Of a DNA stretch of 64,000 nt, positions 62,059-64,000 are shown in pieces. The position numbers and the translations under genes were made by a program. Below the pieces are notes generated by a model. It saw only the letters and a list, made by a program, of their open reading frames with translations, searched no databases and had not been told where the DNA came from. The stretch is from Haplodiscus bocki (lineage: Eukaryota). Numbering within the stretch: position 1 is the stretch's first letter; the number at the start of each line of letters is the position of its first letter. Where the stretch lies: assembly GCA_965655095.1 (NCBI GenBank), contig OZ296649.1:129394001-129458000 (forward strand), written 5' to 3'.

Positions 62059-64000
62059 GGTCTCCGATTTCTAACTCAGATAAACCCAGAAACACAAAAC
62101 TCAGCTTCAATTTTTCATTTCGCCACCGGAGACACCCAAAAGGAAAGTGGTCCTGAAATCGAGTTTTTGCTGGACACAAGAGCTTCCTGCTCAGAAATCA
62201 ACTACCGAACGTTTTGGGAAAACCGCCAATTACAGCACCCGATTACCATTCAGAAAAGTACGAAACTGACTACAATTTATTCAGGACAGACACTCCCAAT
62301 GATTGGTTATGCCACCATAACATTCATTTACGACCAGGATGGTCTTCCTCGCAAAACAAACCATGGTTATGGTCGCTTCCATCAAAACAAACCCTATCCT
62401 AACATATCCCAGATTTAAACGATTCGACTACTGTATACTATGTACATAGACGCGAAAAGTGCGAAAAGTGCGAGGTGCAGGAAGTACTCGCCAAAGGATT
62501 CCCAGATCCATTTTCCACCGGGTTCCACCTTTCAACCCAACCGCCATACTGTATCAACTGGCTTATCTTCCGTCAATACCATGTGCACACGGTCGGAAAA
62601 AAGCCCTTCTTATCCTAATGGAAATTAACAAAAACCACCAAATCACCCTTCCCAAAGGAAGTATTGGATTCTCCTCACTTGAGGTGTTGGATCGAGAAGA
62701 ACCAAAGTACCAATTCAGAAGCTCACACGAACTGACAAAAGCAAAAATTGCAACTGACGATTGATACAACGATTGTTTCCTCTTGCATTCTCCAATAACC
62801 GCTCAATCGAGTGATGAGTTTCTACAATTAGTATATGGGACTGAGACCTCAATTATCTAGCAACCAAATTCTATCGGACATTGTATTTCCGCTGACGCCA
62901 AGATGCGTAGAGGATTTGCCGACTTTCTCTCACATCAAATTCATGGTCCACGTCCAACTTTTAGAAAGGCAAGACTATCCAAAGGACAATTCTTCCCATT
63001 TGGGACTCTTTGAACAGACGCTACATCTACAATCTTGTGACAAAGGACAAGTTTTCCAACAAACCTGATTTACCTACTCTTCTTTCCACACTCGAAGCAA
63101 CAAAGTCCCACGCCAGTATGTATGGGATCTCAACAGTTGCCAATCCTAAGAATGGTTGTGGCTTGGACATTATGAACTGGTAAGATGTTGTGAAGACGCT
63201 GCGCGATGTCTTTGCTTACTCCGACATCCACATAGTGGTATACACTTTGGAAAGTCACGGCGTTTTTGCGTTGTTGTCTAAAGGTGATTCGGAGTTCTAT
63301 GCCAAAGACCAGATAGAACAACATAGTGAAGAGTTCCATCTTAATGAAAAAGACCTCGAAACAGACTTTACGAGGGATTCGAAATCTTGCCAACTTACTT
63401 CCCATGAACAGTTTCCTGTTCTCAGAGGAAAGGAAGGAAACGATCGACTAGTAGAGTTTTATCTACAATATCAACCAAAAGAACTTGTAGAATATCTTAA
63501 GGAGTTTGACTTCTATTATTCCGATATATCATACGAAAAAATGACTCTTTTAATCAACATGTTAATGGATTCTAGAGACGTGTACTCCCAACACAATTTT
63601 GACGTTGGAAAGACTCGACAAAAATTTCATGTTACATTAAAACCAAACGTTGAGCTAAAGCGGCAACGACCTAGCAAGGTACCCCTACACCTGAAAAAAA
63701 ATTAAAAAATTATTTGCACAGCTCAAGGACGCTGACAAAATTCGAGAGATCGGAGATGATGACGAAATGGGATCGCTTTTCGTAAACCCTTATAATCATG
63801 ATGCCTAAAAATGATTACGTTAAATTAGTAATGGATGCTCGATATGGTAATTCTGTGACAGATCTCACTAACTATTCTTGGCCTCAGGAACCAGTCCAAA
63901 TGGTAGTGATTCGAGTAAATGGAAAAATGTTTTCAGCAAGTGTTTTATATTGTACTTATCATCAAGTGCCTCTGAGCCCTGAGACCCATAAGTTGACTAG
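62059..64000 (+). pseudogene. Gypsy pol, 5' part: aspartic protease, linker, macrodomain, start of reverse transcriptase
   Basis: EFLLDTRASCS (DTG eroded), DVYSQHNFDVGKT, LKRQRPSKVPLH, LVMDARY and YHQVPLS. Confidence 0.85.
62822..63252 (+). pseudogene. TARG1/OARD1-type macrodomain embedded in Gypsy pol
   Basis: SIGHCISADAKMRRGFA..., a 1-nt shift at ~63000, then RRYIYNLVTKDKFSNKP..LEATKSH..PKNGCGLDIMNW*DVVKTLRDVFAYSDIHIVVYTL. Confidence 0.88.

Larger units (their letters stand above)
56593..64000 (+). mobile_element. Large Ty3/Gypsy LTR retrotransposon, decayed, running off the window end
   Basis: Putative LTR with promoter, a ~3.4-kb leader, gag with zinc knuckle, protease, macrodomain and the start of RT. 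The 5' boundary is inferred. Confidence 0.85.

Noticed and set aside
1-64000. tRNA, rRNA or snRNA genes
   Set aside because: None recognised by eye; a covariance-model scan would be needed to exclude them.

Overview
AT-rich, transposon-dense animal (probably invertebrate) nuclear DNA with three N-gaps (3230-3408, 16359-16786, 32878-33077); the species cannot be fixed from the sequence. Two host genes lie on the minus strand: a six-exon G-alpha-i gene (about 26.2 kb down to 10307, C-terminus KDCGLF) and an intronless ARV1 gene (26900-27631). The 13.8-kb fourth intron of G-alpha-i contains an end-to-end but decayed Polinton/Maverick endogenous virus (11690-24358, AGTAGT inverted termini). It carries a packaging ATPase, a PHD finger apparently fused to the integrase N-terminus, a major capsid protein, an adenain protease and a protein-primed PolB. 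Upstream of ARV1 is a CR1/L2-like LINE. It is preceded by a separate intact SGNH-esterase ORF, and its ORF2 has no AUG and follows ORF1 in frame after UGA-CUA. 34.1-41.8 kb holds two older Maverick relics in tandem, and about 46.8-52.3 kb is probably a heavily eroded Gypsy element. From about 56.6 kb to the window end is a large Gypsy LTR element whose pol carries a TARG1/OARD1-type macrodomain between protease and RT. The strongest leads are this macrodomain, the PHD-integrase fusion and the three-ORF read-through LINE. All family assignments come from manual translation and motif recognition; no searches were run.
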